Positions 50,621 through 63,893 are shown, numbered from the whole stretch's first letter. The stretch is DNA of 63,893 nt, filler included, from Octopus bimaculoides (GCF_001194135.2; 8 parts of 7 records of this genome joined end to end with filler, not necessarily neighbours in it), one strand, 5' to 3'. Notes: generated from the letters alone by a model not told the origin. Made by a program: numbers and translations.

Positions 50621-51378
50621 TTTTTCTACTTTTACGAAACTGTTCGCTGCTACCCCTTTCTTCCATACTTCTATCTATGTTAGATAGTAGACAGTAGCTA
50701 TCTATTTTAGCTTTTTTTAATCAGAGTTACTGCTCTCCTGCTGATTCCACATCTTTCCCATGTAGACTTACATGTACGTGCGAGAGAGTGTGTATGTATG
50801 TATGTATGCATTTTATTCGTCCAGTCGAAAGATATCTGTTGTTATGTCCCGTTATTATTCCTACTGTATTTGTGTAACATTGTTCGTTTTTTTCCGTCCT
50901 TGCTTTCGTATATATTCGCTGCTTTCTTCCAAGGAATCTAATGCTCCTAGCTTAGTTTTTCCTTGGGGCTGGCTAGATTGGAGCAATATCGAGAATAACC
51001 AGCCGAAATTGCAAAGATAATCTGGATCTCGACTGAAGAGAGAAAACTCCGAATGACCTGTCAGTGTTTTCTTTGTATCGTCCATCTGGATGTTTTGTCT
51101 CTTTCTTGCATCACCTAACTGTCTGGATGTTTTTGCGTTCTTGTTCCATTCTGTATTATTTATACATATGTATATATGTATNNNNNNNNNNNNNNNNNNN
51201 NNNNNNNNNNNNNNNNNNNNNNNNNNNNNNNNNNNNNNNNNNNNNNNNNNNNNNNNNNNNNNNNNNNNNNNNNNNNNNNNNNNNNNNNNNNNNNNNNNNN
51301 NNNNNNNNNNNNNNNNNNNNNNNNNNNNNNNNNNNNNNNNNNNNNCATATATAAATACTCACGTGCGCGCGCATCCAC

Positions 51379-51413
<35 letters not shown>

Positions 51414-53914
51414 TATATATGCACGCATGTATGTATGTATGTGTGTATGTATGTATGTGCGCGTGCGAGTACGTGAGTATATATGAGTCCGTATATGTAT
51501 GAGTGCGAGTGTGTATATAATATGGCCATGTTTATTTTGTACATTAGGGACTTTTATATTTCTTATTAGTTCCTTTGTGTTTGATTGGGAATAAAATATA
51601 TGTCTGTTGTTTCAAGACCTTCACAATTTTATTTTCAAAATGTACTGTTTTAATGGCGTGTAATCCAAGCGTTCTGCAATGGATCGCAAACGTTTTGGGA
51701 GTAATTTTACAACAGGACTTAAAATTATGTAACAGTAACTCCTGCTAGATTTCATAATATCATTATATATTTTTTACGTCTGATGTATTTGTGTTTTTGG
51801 TTTAAGGTTTGTATTTTGTTATTACAAAAGCTTCCATACTTATTCTAATTTATAGAGGAATTATTTTGGTTCTCGATCAAGGCCGCTATGAGGCCAAACG
51901 TTCATGTGCTTAGCGCATGCACAAAAGGAGAAAAACAGAAATAAATCGGTGGACCGTCAAATATTTAAAGATATGTTGTCAAGTCTTACACACCCAAAGA
52001 ATGTTATCAAAGGCGCAGGTATGGTTGTGTGGTTAAGAAGATCGCTTTGCAACTATGTGGTTTGGAGTTCACTCCCACTGTGCTTCACCTTGAGCAAGTA
52101 GTAATATTGGGGTCTTGTCCTAAAAGCAAGGAGTGATAATGGAAACAATTGTTAAATTTAGAAATAGAAAAATTAAACTGTTGTCAGCTACAAAAATCAA
52201 CAACAAGAAGTAGAATTGTTAATAAACTAAAACACATGTGTATTCAGTTAAACGTATCTGTTATTCTAATTAAAGAGAACCAGTTCGAGATACCTTTGCA
52301 TAAATTTATCCAAACATAATCTTTGAGTCACTGGCGTCTCATGAATTCATCCAAATAACTTGGTAAAGTCATTGCTTGTACACCATCCAAAATTTTAACT
52401 GAATATTTACCAAGTGTAGCCAATTGTGAACACCAGGTATTTCATCCATGAAAATCCGATTATTACTAACAATATTCGTAATCTCAAAGTAACTCATCGT
52501 TGACATTTAATTGTAAAGAGTTTACAGATTGACAAATGACATACACTCTTATCAATTTCAATAAGTATTTTCTTTTGTTTACATGAAGTACCATAGACAA
52601 AGCTAAGATTTGCGCCCCGGTATTACGACAGCATCTGTATATTGAGATGTGAGTAGAAAACATATATATATGAAGTCACTTTTTAATATGAAGTTTGATT
52701 TGTTGCACTTCAATCTTGAAGGTATTCTAGCACAAATCATATAGCTGGTTGATGACACATGAGTTGTAGATATGTTTGTGTACTCTTACTGAAGTAGTAA
52801 ATTGATGACTGGTGTGTTCTGTGAAGACGCAATGATGGCACAATGATGGTGAGGATGATTAGTAATTTGTAAACCACCAAGATTGACAAAGTAACAAAAT
52901 TTAGAAAAATCATTGACGGAAAATACATTTTGCAAATAAAAGTATATTGTTAAATGAGTTATTGTTGCTATAACAACGACTGATAATATAATGTAAACAG
53001 GAGTCTATCTACAAATATACTTCCACAGGAAGCATATTATATCTTACAAATATATTTCTGTAGGAAGTATATTTGTAGGAAATAAATAGAAATAGAAGTA
53101 AGTTTCTTTTTTTGATTTTTAAACACAAACTTTTGTTTTTTAAACGCAAACTAAAGGTGGTGAATTGTCTGTGGCAACTGAGTATTTACAAAACCATCCA
53201 CGATCTTTTATCAGAAAGACTAGGCGTGGATTTCTGGACAGTGTAGTTTCTATTTCAATCATGTAGTATTGTTTGTTTGCGCTCTTACAAATCACGGAGA
53301 GCGACGAACAACTTTGACTTGGTACGGTTATAGCTATTGTTTCTACCTTTGCGGTCAAGAAATTTATAATTGAATATTGTACATTTCGGAAACATAAAGT
53401 ATGAAAGTAGAGCCATAACTGAAGCATGCCGGAGATAGTTATCAGACACAGCCCAAACGCTGAAAATATATTTATCTAGAGTGCTGATTGTTCAGTGTAT
53501 GACCATATATTTAGACAGATGAAAACCATTAAAATGTGATTGTAGGTGACAAACTGTGAAAGTAGACCTGATAATTAATCATGAAAATGATGGAGAGAAA
53601 TCATAATTTTTTCCGGTATTTAAAACGGGAAAACTTAAAAATAAAAATAATGAAAAATACAGTCAGAAAACAGAAGAATTAATGTAACAAATAACTGCAA
53701 TTGTAATTTTCTGATATTTAAAACGGGAAATTAATTCATGGCGTAAGATTTCCACAACTGTGTACTTCGAATCACAATGAATACACGCCAAGACGTAAAT
53801 GGAAAGAAGTGACAGCTGATTTTGCAGGAATAAAACGAAAATCCCAGAAGACGTGATGGAGGAAATATATGTCAATCTATGCAGTGATGTGTGTATGAGG
53901 AGCGGGGTTTTCTT

Positions 53915-55737
53915 TTTCTTTTTAATTTAGAATAAATTTTGACCGGTCACCAGTTTGGTAACAAGTAGTGAAGGAAAGTATCTTGTTTCGCTCTTCATCC
54001 TTTAAATCTTAGGAAGGTCTTGCAGATTCTTATGTCCCAGATATCGTGATCATTTGTCGTGTATGAATTAAGGATTTGTGTTCTCTCCCCAAGAATCCCA
54101 GTTTTAGCTATAATTTACTCCAGGCGGGTTGGTGTGTATCCTGTTGCTCAAATAATAATAGGTATGAAGCTGAAAATGTATCCTTATCGATGGTCTATAG
54201 ATGTCCTCTTTCTTTTGTAATTTTCGAACCACATTGGTGTCCAAAAAGCAACTGATTTCCACAACAGAACATACCTTTTCCTTGTGATCCCACACAACTT
54301 AGTGGCTATTTTAATTTTTAAGTTCCACCAATATTCTTTTGACCATAGGTCTCAATATAGTCAACTTTGTTGGTGTTTTTGTTTTGTTTTGTTTTTGTGG
54401 GTTTTTAGTTATCTTCTTCCACAGTTCTGGTCACCACATCATGGCTCATGAGAAGATAATATCTGGAAGTCATCCTCTTGCAGTTGACCATCACGTGGTT
54501 GATGTTTCCAGTTTTGTTCTTGTATTACCTACATTTGTTGTCAATCAATATTTTCTCCCTTTTACGCTGTAGGTACTTGGTGGGGATCTCTTGTGCTTGA
54601 ATTGCATGGAGGTAGCCTTCGAAGTGGGATGTCATAGACTTATCAGTACTTCATACCAAGCTGTTCATACATGATAAATTCCTTTTATAGTTTGCTTTTC
54701 GTGTCAAGTACCCATGTACAATCTTCTCGGTGAAGTGGTCCGTTTTTTTGCTTTTTTCTTCTGATAAACAGATTTTACCAATGCTCCTTCAGAAGAAATC
54801 TATATCAGCTCTTATTTCATACCTCTCCTCAATTTCATTAACTTACCTAATTATGATGTTGTTTTTATGATCACACACTTAGGCAATGTCTCTTTCCTTT
54901 GCTGAAGATGTTTCAGTGTTTCAGAACGTGTTTCATATGACATCAAGGCAGATTTTAAGCCAGATTTTAGACCACAGACACCATCCTTGCGTGAGAAGTG
55001 TAGCTTGTCTATTGATGTTGAAGCTTCCTGTAACGCTGAGAAGCGTACGAGTCCGGGCATTTGTTTCATTGTGTTCTTGCAGTGACCTGTTCAGAAGGCC
55101 AAAGGTAGGCGTGAGGACAGGCACTGCAAAGGTGTTGCGGGCTTGTTGTAAGCTGAGAGTTCTGTTGACCATATCTTCTTTACACTCTTGAGTATTCATC
55201 CTGAGTTTCTGCTTAGTTATTTGTCCATCATATCTGACATTTTTTATCCCATCCAAGACGGGATGAGAATGTTAGATATGATTGTCACCTGACTGTAGAA
55301 GTTGTATCGTCAAGCCGTTCATTTTTAGAATTTAAGAAGAGGACGCAACTTTTCCACGTTTTATTGTCAAAAATACACATTTGAACTCACCAAATTCCAT
55401 TCCAATTTCTGTAGAAAATTGAGTAATGAGGTCCAAATTGCTTTTTCAATGAGGGTGCTATTTGGCCAGTACAGTTTCAAGCCATCGGTAACGAAAAGAT
55501 GGGACATACTTCTGGATCCATTTCTATAGCCACTATATTTCGTGCACAGGTATGACAGTGGATTTAATGAGAGAACAAACAGCAACACCAAAAATTATGC
55601 CTTTCTGGTTGTGAATACTGACTTAATTTGCTCCTCATCACTCCTAAGGAGCAAAGTGGTGTACCAAGTCTTGGTCAGGCAGGGCTTTAGCTAACTGTAA
55701 ATCTCTGGTAATCCAGCCATGTGGTATACTACTAAAA
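53915..55737 (-). mobile_element. decayed R4/Dong-type LINE, ~1.8-kb 3' portion
   Basis: DYQKAFSSIPHGW, LLFVLSLNPLSYL...SHLFVTDGLKLY, NTFAVPVLTPTFG and WDHKEKVCSVVEISCFLDTNV occur in order on the minus strand. Confidence 0.85.
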
Positions 55738-55781
55738 GCCTTCTGGTAGTCGCTAGATATGTATGGGTGTATGTATATATG

Positions 55782-55827
<46 letters not shown>

Positions 55828-55867
55828 CCTATTTATCTATCAATTTATCTATATATATATATATATG

Positions 55868-55998
55868 CCCAACGAGATCGGACATAGGAATATTAAGCAA
55901 GAACATTATAAATAACTATCTACCCACAATAACCACTAAGTTAAAGTTAGAATTATGGTCTAATACAGACCAAGTAATTAATTGGTTTAGATCAATTG
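55868..55998 (+). mobile_element. Penelope-like RT fragment
   Basis: PTRSDIGILSKNIINNYL...LELWSNTDQVINWFRSI resembles the PLE RT motif P.KSEIG.ISK.IL...QW.NT..VI.WF..I. It is truncated by a gap. Confidence 0.65.
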
Positions 55999-56742
55999 AN
56001 NNNNNNNNNNNNNNNNNNNNNNNNNNNNNNNNNNNNNNNNNNNTTAATTAATTAANNNNNNNNNNNNNNNNNNNNNNNNNNNNNNNNNNNNNNNNNNNNC
56101 GTACATAGATGTATAACTATGCACAACACAGATGAGTCATAAACACTCTCATACAATTACAAACACATACATCTTACATGCATATATATGTGTGTGTGTG
56201 CGTGTGTGTGTGAGTGAGAGAGAGAGAGAGAGAGAGAGAAGAGAGGGAGGGAGGTAGAGGGGGAAGGAGGGGGAAAGTGTAGGGAAAGAACATTTTGAAG
56301 TGAAATGATAGTGTGATAAAATACAATAACAATGGCCACAATAACTGGAATATAAAATATAAAAATCATGACAACAACAACAACAACAGCAGCAGCAGCA
56401 ACAACAACAANNNNNNNNNNATGACAACAACAACAACAACAGCAGCAGCAGCAACAACAACAGCAACAGCAACAACAGCACCAACAACAAAAGCAAGAAC
56501 AGCGACCGCGACCTCAATAGCTGCGCCAAGAATAATGCTGAACAAGAGTATTTCGTAAGTGCCAAGAATACGATTTTGGCCAACAAGATGGCGGATGTAA
56601 CGACCAAGCCGATTTGACCCGGCTAAACTTGGAAGACGGTTTCAGTTGGTTGCATACTGCATGGGTCGTGGGAATATGATAAAGAAAGAAGTTAGCCATG
56701 TAAAAGTGGCATCGTAAATCACTGGCTGATAAATGGTTGCCT

Positions 56743-57072
56743 AGGATATATGTATGTATGTATGTATGTATATGTGTGTATGTATGCATGTGTGTGTGTA
56801 TGTGTGTCTGTCTGTCTGTATGTATGTATATATGCATTATGTGTGTATGTATGCATGTGTGTATGTATGCATGTGTGTATGTATGTACGTGTGTATGTGT
56901 GTATGTATGTGTATGTATGTATGTGTGTATGTATGTATGTGTGTGTGTGTGTGTATGTATGTATGTGTGTGTATTATGCATGTGTGTATGCATGTATGTA
57001 TGTGTGCATATGTTGTATGTATTTGTATGTGTATGTATGTGTATGTGTATGTATGTATGTATATATGTATGT
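56743..57072. repeat. (TATG)n/(TG)n compound microsatellite
   Basis: Read directly. Confidence 0.95.
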
Positions 57073-57826
57073 NNNNNNNNNNNNNNNNNNNNNNNNNNNN
57101 NNNNNNNNNNNNNNNNNNNNNNNNNNNNNNNNNNNNNNNNNNNNNNNNNNNGGTGATTATGTACATATATATATATATATATATATACTCTTTTACTCTT
57201 TTACTTGTTTCAGTCATTTGACTGCGGCCACACAGATTCTCCTTCTGCCATAGCCACTCCTGCGCCATAAAACCACACATATACCTGTCTATATAGACGT
57301 ACACACTTACAAACACACGTACATACGCACATACATATATACAGGGAATTCCATCTCTACAGGGAATTTCCTTGTCTTTGAGTTTCTATGTTGTCAATGA
57401 CATTTGCCCTCACAGATGACTATTCAGTCCTGCTGCTTTTGTAACTATACGTTTTTAACTGATTAGTTCCGTAAAGACCGTAGATCTTCCCTTGCCATAG
57501 GACTTTCAGTTGATGGATTTACAAATGACAAAGGAGGTCACCATAAACAGACGTGTGTACGTCATTGGATTATCGTGATAATCTCTTGTACAACACGATT
57601 ACCACTCTCTTGAGTCTCTGCGATTAGTACTTAGTGACCGGACGCAGCGAGATGACCAGTGATCACGTGAACCTGATGGCTTTACAACAGTGTCCTCTTG
57701 TTGAAGGATGCAGTGACAACGGATAGTGGTGGGGAGGGGCCCTCAAGCCCGGGGGGTTTTGCTTACATGAAGGGACGAGTGTAAAGATGTGTGTATGAGA
57801 TTGTATCTGTTTCAAGAAGCGGGCAT

Positions 57827-58121
57827 GAAGGCGGCAATTTTGGCAGAGACGTTAGCACGCCGGGCAAAATGCTTAGTGGTATTTCGTCAGCCGCTACGTT
57901 CTAAGTTCAAATTCCGCCGAGGTCGACTTTACCTTTCNNNNNNNNNNTACGTTCTAAGTTCAAATTCCGCCGAGGTCGACTTTACCTTTCATCCTTTCGG
58001 GGTCGATAAATTAAGTATCAGTTACGCACTGGGGTCGATGTAATCGAGTTAATCCCTTTGTGTGTCCTTGTTTGTCCCCCTCTATGTTTAGCCCCTTGTG
58101 GGCAATAAAGAAATAAGAAAT
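57827..58121 (+). mobile_element. SINE family A, full length with TSD
   Basis: Head AAGGCGGC..TGGCAGA.ACGTTAGC and tail (AAATAAG)n. The 13-bp TSD AAGAAGCGGGCAT lies at 57814-57826 and 58122-58134. Confidence 0.9.
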
Positions 58122-58586
58122 AAGAAGCGGGCATAAGAAGTAATGGTGCTTGGGTGGGTGTTATCTTAGTGAATGCAAATGCATAGGTGTATACAAGTGG
58201 GGAAGTGTTGGTAGTGATTAGTGGTGACAGACGATGCCAATGTGCATGTGTAATTTCAGGGTGAGAAGTATGAAAACGTGTATATGAAGATGTGTATGCG
58301 TATTAAAGAAATTCAAGATGACGACAGGATGAGAGGTGTTATTTTTGTTTGTACAGCTGCATTAAGAAAGGCAAGAATGTACAGAATACGTACGATGGGT
58401 CTCCCCTAATAAATAGTTAGTGAAGGTGGGCGGCACAATGATTAGAGTATTCGAATCACGATCGTAAGGTCATGTGTTCGATTCCCGGCAACGAATGGTG
58501 GGCTTTGAGCTAAACAATTTATTTCACGCTGCTCCAGTTCAATCACCGGGCAAAAATTAGTTTTACCTGTAGCTTTGGCTGTGTAA

Positions 58587-58750
58587 AGGAGCAGGTGTGG
58601 CTGTGTGGTAAGAAGCTTGCTTCTCCACTACATGGTTCTGGGTTCAGTTCCACTGCGTGGCAACTTGGACTAGTGTCTTCTACTATAACCACGGGCTGAC
58701 CAAAACCTTGTGAGTGAACTTGGTAGACAGAAACTGAAAGAAGTCTGTAG
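58587..58750 (+). mobile_element. SINE family D head
   Basis: Homologous to 23356-23515. Confidence 0.85.
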
Positions 58751-59930
58751 TGTATGTATATATATATATATATATATATNNNNNNNNNNNNNNNNNNNNN
58801 NNNNNNNNNNNNNNNNNNNNNNNNNNNNNNNNNNNNNNNNNNNNNNNNNNNNNNNNNNNNNNNNNNNNNNNNNNNNNNNNNNNNNNNNNNNNNNNNNNNN
58901 NNNNNNNNNNNNNNNNNNNNNNNNNNNNNNNNNNNNNNNNNNNNNNNNNNNNNNNNNNNNNNNNNNNNNNNNNNNNNNNNNNNNNNNNNNNNNNNNNNNN
59001 NNNNNNNNNNNNNNNNNNNNNNNNNNNNNNNNNNNNNNNNNNNNNNNNNNNNNNNNNNNNNNNNNNNNNNNNNNNNNNNNNNNNNNNNNNNNNNNNNNNN
59101 NNNNNNNNNNNNNNNNNNNNNNNNNNNNNNNNNNNNNNNNNNNNNNNNNNNNNNNNNNNNNNNNNNNNNNNNNNNNNNNNNNNNNNNNNNNNNNNNNNNN
59201 NNNNNNNNNNNNNNNNNNNNNNNNNNNNNNNNNNNNNNNNNNNNNNNNNNNNNNNNNNNNNNNNNNNNNNNNNNNNNNNNNNNNNNNNNNNNNNNNNNNN
59301 NNNNNNNNNNNNNNNNNNNNNNNNNNNNNNNNNNNNNNNNNNNNNNNNNNNNNNNNNNNNNNNNNNNNNNNNNNNNNNNNNNNNNNNNNNNNNNNNNNNN
59401 NNNNNNNNNNNNNNNNNNNNNNNNNNNNNNNNNNNNNNNNNNNNNNNNNNNNNNNNNNNNNNNNNNNNNNNNNNNNNNNNNNNNNNNNNNNNNNNNNNNN
59501 NNNNNNNNNNNNNNNNNNNNNNNNNNNNNNNNNNNNNNNNNNNNNNNNNNNNNNNNNNNNNNNNNNNNNNNNNNNNNNNNNNATATTAATAAAAAAGCTA
59601 TTTGTAATGTTTTGCCATAAAGGAAAATTATAGGCGTCAACTATACGTGACTTAAGTGTGTGAAGACACATAGATTAAGAGAAATAGGAGCTAAAATGTT
59701 CCAGTGCTGTTATAAAGCATATATTCTGATAGGGGCTGCAATCGCCACGAATACTGAACCCAGAATTCCCTACACTGTGTGTATCTATGTGTGTATATGT
59801 GGTTATCTATGAATGTATAAATCCATGTATGCATACATGCATGCATACATACACGCATGTATGTTATGCAAACATACCAGAAGAGAGAAAGATAGAGAGA
59901 GAGGGAGAGCTGAGAAGAGAGAAAGAAAGA

Positions 59931-59966
<36 letters not shown>

Positions 59967-60781
59967 AAGTGAGAGAGAAAGAGTAAAATTATCAAAAGAA
60001 AAACGTAACATAAAAAAAATGAAAGATGAAATATGAAATAAACACCCACGAGAAAGAGATAGAGGCGAGGATAGAGAGGAATGGAATGAACAGGAAGTTA
60101 GATTAATGATAGATGTGATTAGAAAGAGAGAGAGGGGGGTTGAGAGAAAGAGAATGAGGGAAAGAGGGTGTGTGTGTGTGTGGGGGAGGGGGTGAACGAA
60201 TGAAGATGAATAGATTGTTTGTATTAACAACGTTATAATTGATCGCTAATAAAATACTCAAGCAGTATCTTGGATTATTGTCAGTTAAGCAATGACCTCG
60301 TGTACACGCCGCCGATTCCACTGCCACCCTCCATTACCATAAACATTACCACTACCTCCACCACCATCACCACCACCACTACCACCACCACCACCACACA
60401 GCAGCTATCACCACTACCACCGTCACCAGTCATCAATATCCTATCGTTGCTACCACTACAAGTAGCGCGAAAACCACCACAACCNNNNNNNNNNNNNNNN
60501 NNNNNNNNNNNNNNNNNNNNNNNNNNNNTTAATTAATTAANNNNNNNNNNNNNNNNNNNNNNNNNNNNNNNNNNNNNNNNNNNNTGGTGGTGGGTAACTG
60601 TGGTAGTGGTGGACGTTATTGTTGATGTGGTGGTGGTAATGGTATTGTTGTTGATGGTGGTGGTCGCGGTGGTGATGGCGGCAGCGGTGTTACAGATACA
60701 ACATGAGTAATAGGGTAAAGAAACTATTGAATCAAGCGTTTGAATTGAAGTGATATAAAGACAAGACAGACAAGAGGACCT

Positions 60782-60823
<42 letters not shown>

Positions 60824-60834
60824 CTAGTAGTAGT

Positions 60835-61172
60835 GTGGAGGTGCAATAGCCCAGTGGTTAGGGCATTGGACTCGTGGTCGTGGGATTGCGATTTCGATTC
60901 CCAGACCGGACGTTGTGAGTGTTTATTGAGCGAAAACACCTAAAGCTCCACGAGGTTCCAGCAGGGGATGGTGGCGAACCCTGCTGTACTCTTTCACAAC
61001 AGCTTTCTCTCACTCTTACTTCCTGTTTCTGTTGTGCCTGTAATTCAAAGGGCCAGCCTTGTCACACTCTGTGTCACTCTGAATCTCCCCGGGAATTACG
61101 TTAAGGGTACACGTGTCTGTGGAGTGCACAGCCACTTGCACGTTAATTTCACGAGCAGGCTGTTCCATTGAT
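60835..61172 (+). mobile_element. SINE family B (3' end in gap)
   Basis: GGAGGTGCAATAGCCCAGTGGTTAGGG and TTTCGATTCC; homologous to 16947-17320. Confidence 0.9.
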
Positions 61173-61710
61173 NNNNNNNNNNNNNNNNNNNNNNNNNNNN
61201 NNNNNNNNNNNNNNNNNNNNNNNNNNNNNNNNNNNNNNNNNNNNNNNNNNNNNNNNNNNNNNNNNNNNNNNNNNNNNNNNNNNNNNNNNNNNNNNNNNNN
61301 NNNNNNNNNNNNNNNNNNNNNNNNNNNNNNNNNNNNNNNNNNNNNNNNNNNNNNNNNNNNNNNNNNNNNNNNNNNNNNNNNNNNNNNNNNNNNNNNNNNN
61401 NNNNNNNNNNNNNNNNNNNNNNNNNNNNNNNNNNNNNNNNNNNNNNNNNNNNNNNNNNNNNNNNNNNNNNNNNNNNNNNNNNNNNNNNNNNNNNNNNNNN
61501 NNNNNNNNNNNNNNNNNNNNNNNNNNNNNNNNNNNNNNNNNNNNNNNNNNNGCATGTCTGTGAGGGGCTTTATATCGGGCAGCTTCGAGGCTTTTATTTG
61601 GATGCAGTCTTGGACTTCTGTATGAAATGGAAGCACCACTGAAAATTTGGGAGCAATATTCCATTATTAGTTTTATCTGAGACTCATAGGAGAATGAAGA
61701 GAACACCTTC

Positions 61711-61946
61711 TTATTTCTTTATTGCCCACAAGGGGCTAAACATGGAGGTGACAAACAAGGACAGGCAACGAGATTGAGTCGATTATATCGACACCAGTGC
61801 GTAACTGGTACTTTATTTATCGACCTCGAAAGAATGAAATGCAAAGTCGACCTCAGCGGAATTTGAACTCAGAACGTAACGGCAGACGAAATACCGCTAG
61901 GCATTTCGCCCGGAGTGCTAACGTTTCTGCCAGCTCGTCACCTTTT
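61711..61946 (-). mobile_element. SINE family A with TSD
   Basis: The 18-bp TSD AATGAAGARAACACCTTC lies at 61693-61710 and 61947-61964. Confidence 0.9.
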
Positions 61947-61992
61947 AATGAAGAAAACACCTTCTACTCTCTCTCTCTCTCTCTCTCCGGGT

Positions 61993-62268
61993 TGGATTAA
62001 CAGCCTGCTTGTAAAATTAAAGTGCAAGTGGCCAAAGGCTCCACACCCTTAGCGTAGGTCTCAAGGATATTCAGCGTGACACAGAGTGTGACAAGGCCAG
62101 CCTTTTGAAATACAGCTTCTGCTCATTTTTACCAGATGAGTGGACTGGAGCAATGTGGAAACAAGTGTCTTGCTCAAGGACGCAACGCGTCGCCGGGAAT
62201 CGAATTCAGGACCTTATGATCATGAGCTGAATACCCTAACCAATAAGCCACGCACCTTCATAACACAC
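61993..62268 (-). mobile_element. SINE with family C head and family B-like 3' body
   Basis: GAGTGGACTGGAGCAATGTG...GTCTTGCTCAAG is shared with 16485-16644; CAGCGTGACA...GACAAG is shared with family B. Confidence 0.7.
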
Positions 62269-62569
62269 ACACACACACACACATTGATACTTATACTTAA
62301 ATGTGTGTATATATGCACACACACAAACATGTACGTATGCATACGTAGACACATACACGTACATACACANNNNNNNNNNNNNNNNNNNNNNNNNNNNNNN
62401 NNNNNNNNNNNNNTTAATTAATTAANNNNNNNNNNNNNNNNNNNNNNNNNNNNNNNNNNNNNNNNNNNNATATATATATATATATATATATAATGTACTG
62501 ATCTTTGACAGAAAATTCAACAAGAAAAGTATTCCATCTAGTAAGAAAGAAATATTAATTATTTAAAGG

Positions 62570-63610
62570 TCACAATACATGTATTAAAGCGCTACTAATA
62601 TTTTCCTATTTTGGGAGAACTCAAACATATTCTTCAGGCGCAAACGTCATATCATATCGAACTAAAAAACTGAATAAATAGAAGAAACGAGATGAAGCTC
62701 AGAAAGCAGCATGTAGAAAACACAGATAGTAAACAACGAAACTAAGTGTCAAAGGTAAAATGTGCTATCCTCCTTAGGCCTTAAATGATAAGGCTGGGAA
62801 GATATCAAGTTATGGTTACAGTAACTTTTGCCTCACGTGATAGATTTAATCTTGCATCGTTGGTCAAGCGGACAAGATCCTGGATTCAGCTGCCCATATA
62901 TAATAGGTATCATTACACGTGCTCAACACCAAGAACGCAAATCAAGTTGTAATTGTCGCGACCAAGGATGTATTACTAAATCTATCATATATGAGACAGA
63001 AGTTACTGCAAACCTAAATAATAATACAACTGATAAGAAGACCTGTATTGGATTATGTGATGGTGTACTTAAAAATCGCTATGCCAATCACATAGCCTCC
63101 TTCCGACAAATGGACAAAAGTAAAGCTACTAAATTGGCTAGCTACTTATGGACTTTGAAAGATAACGAAACGCCCCATATGATTAAATGGAAAATAATTG
63201 AGAAATCCATACCTTATGTGAATGGATCGAAAAAATGTAGACTTTGGCTGAAAGAACGTAGATGCTGTTCAGATTTAAGATCCCTAACTCTCTATTAAAC
63301 TCCAGGTCAGAGAGTTTCAGTCGTTGCATGTATATGTATAAATATATTTTGAAGAATTGGAACATTTCGCCTTTTCCTGATTGATTTCATATCTTCCACA
63401 GCCTTATCATTTTGACACTTTCGTTTTCTGTTTTTCGTTTTCCGTTGTTTTCTGTCTTCGTTTTCTATATGCTATTTTCTGAGCTACATTGCGTTTCTTC
63501 AATTTATTTAACTTTTTATTTTGCTATGATATGTGGTTTGCGCCTGAAGATTATGTTAAAGTTTTCTCAACATATAAAACTCTTAGTAGCGCTTTAATAC
63601 ATATATTATG
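62570..63610 (+). mobile_element. Penelope-like element remnant: GIY-YIG ORF between ~230-bp inverted terminal repeats
   Basis: 62570-62810 is the diverged reverse complement of ~63375-63610. (TA)n lies on both outer sides. Confidence 0.85.
62930..63298 (+). pseudogene. PLE GIY-YIG endonuclease fragment
   Basis: SCNCRDQGCITKSIIYETEV...TCIGLCDGVLKNRYANHIASF...TKLASYLWTLK...IKWKIIEKSIPY...KCRLWLKER shows the PLE GIY-YIG layout with degenerate catalytic and Cys positions. Confidence 0.85.
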
Positions 63611-63893
63611 ATTTTGTATATATATATATATATATATATACAATATATATACAATATATATACAATATATATACAATATATATACAATATATATATAATA
63701 TATATACAATATATATATAATATATATATAATATATATACAATATATATATATAATATATATACAATATATATATAATATATATACAATATATATATAAT
63801 ATATATACAATATATATATAATATATATATAATATATAATATATATACAGTATATTATATACAATATATATATAATATATATATAATATATAA
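63608..63893. repeat. TA-derived ~11-13-bp minisatellite (ATATATATACAAT / ATATATATAAT)
   Basis: Read directly. Confidence 0.9.

Noticed and set aside
51020-51066. CTGAAGA-GAG-AAAA-CTC-CGAAT hammerhead-like motif
   Set aside because: It has GAAT instead of GAAA, and stem I cannot be paired.
56583-56596. YY1-like CAAGATGGCGG
   Set aside because: It is an isolated motif between microsatellites with no other promoter evidence.
57896-57990. Apparent 42-bp tandem duplication inside a SINE
   Set aside because: The two copies sit on either side of a 10-N gap, the signature of an unmerged contig overlap.

Overview
This is eukaryotic, AT-rich, gap-ridden genomic DNA, most likely a cephalopod (Octopus-like). 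That assignment is inferred from the SINE families and the extreme microsatellite load, not proven. I cannot support any host protein-coding gene: nearly every ORF in the track is translated microsatellite or N-gap, so the window is intergenic or inside a very large intron. It contains at least four tRNA-derived SINE families (several with clear target-site duplications), decayed LINE fragments (R4/Dong-type with a restriction-like endonuclease, RTE, CR1/L2-like), decayed Penelope-like elements (PLE; RT and GIY-YIG), a Mariner-like end and several minisatellites. The signal these features do not explain is a set of seven minimal type-I hammerhead-ribozyme (HHR)-like motifs from at least five unrelated sequence families. 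The best is a near-canonical copy at 49431-49473 (-). The others are a pair in 427-bp tandem retrozyme-like repeats (13.0-13.8 kb), a pair in the inverted terminal repeats around a GIY-YIG ORF (62.6-63.6 kb) and a two-copy mini-element with a CUGU-N-GA core variant. One further, more degenerate motif lies at 16146-16188. PLE-type pieces abut (TA)n while the plus-strand R4-type pieces sit in (TAA)n. All structures were found by eye; no folding, alignment or database search was run.
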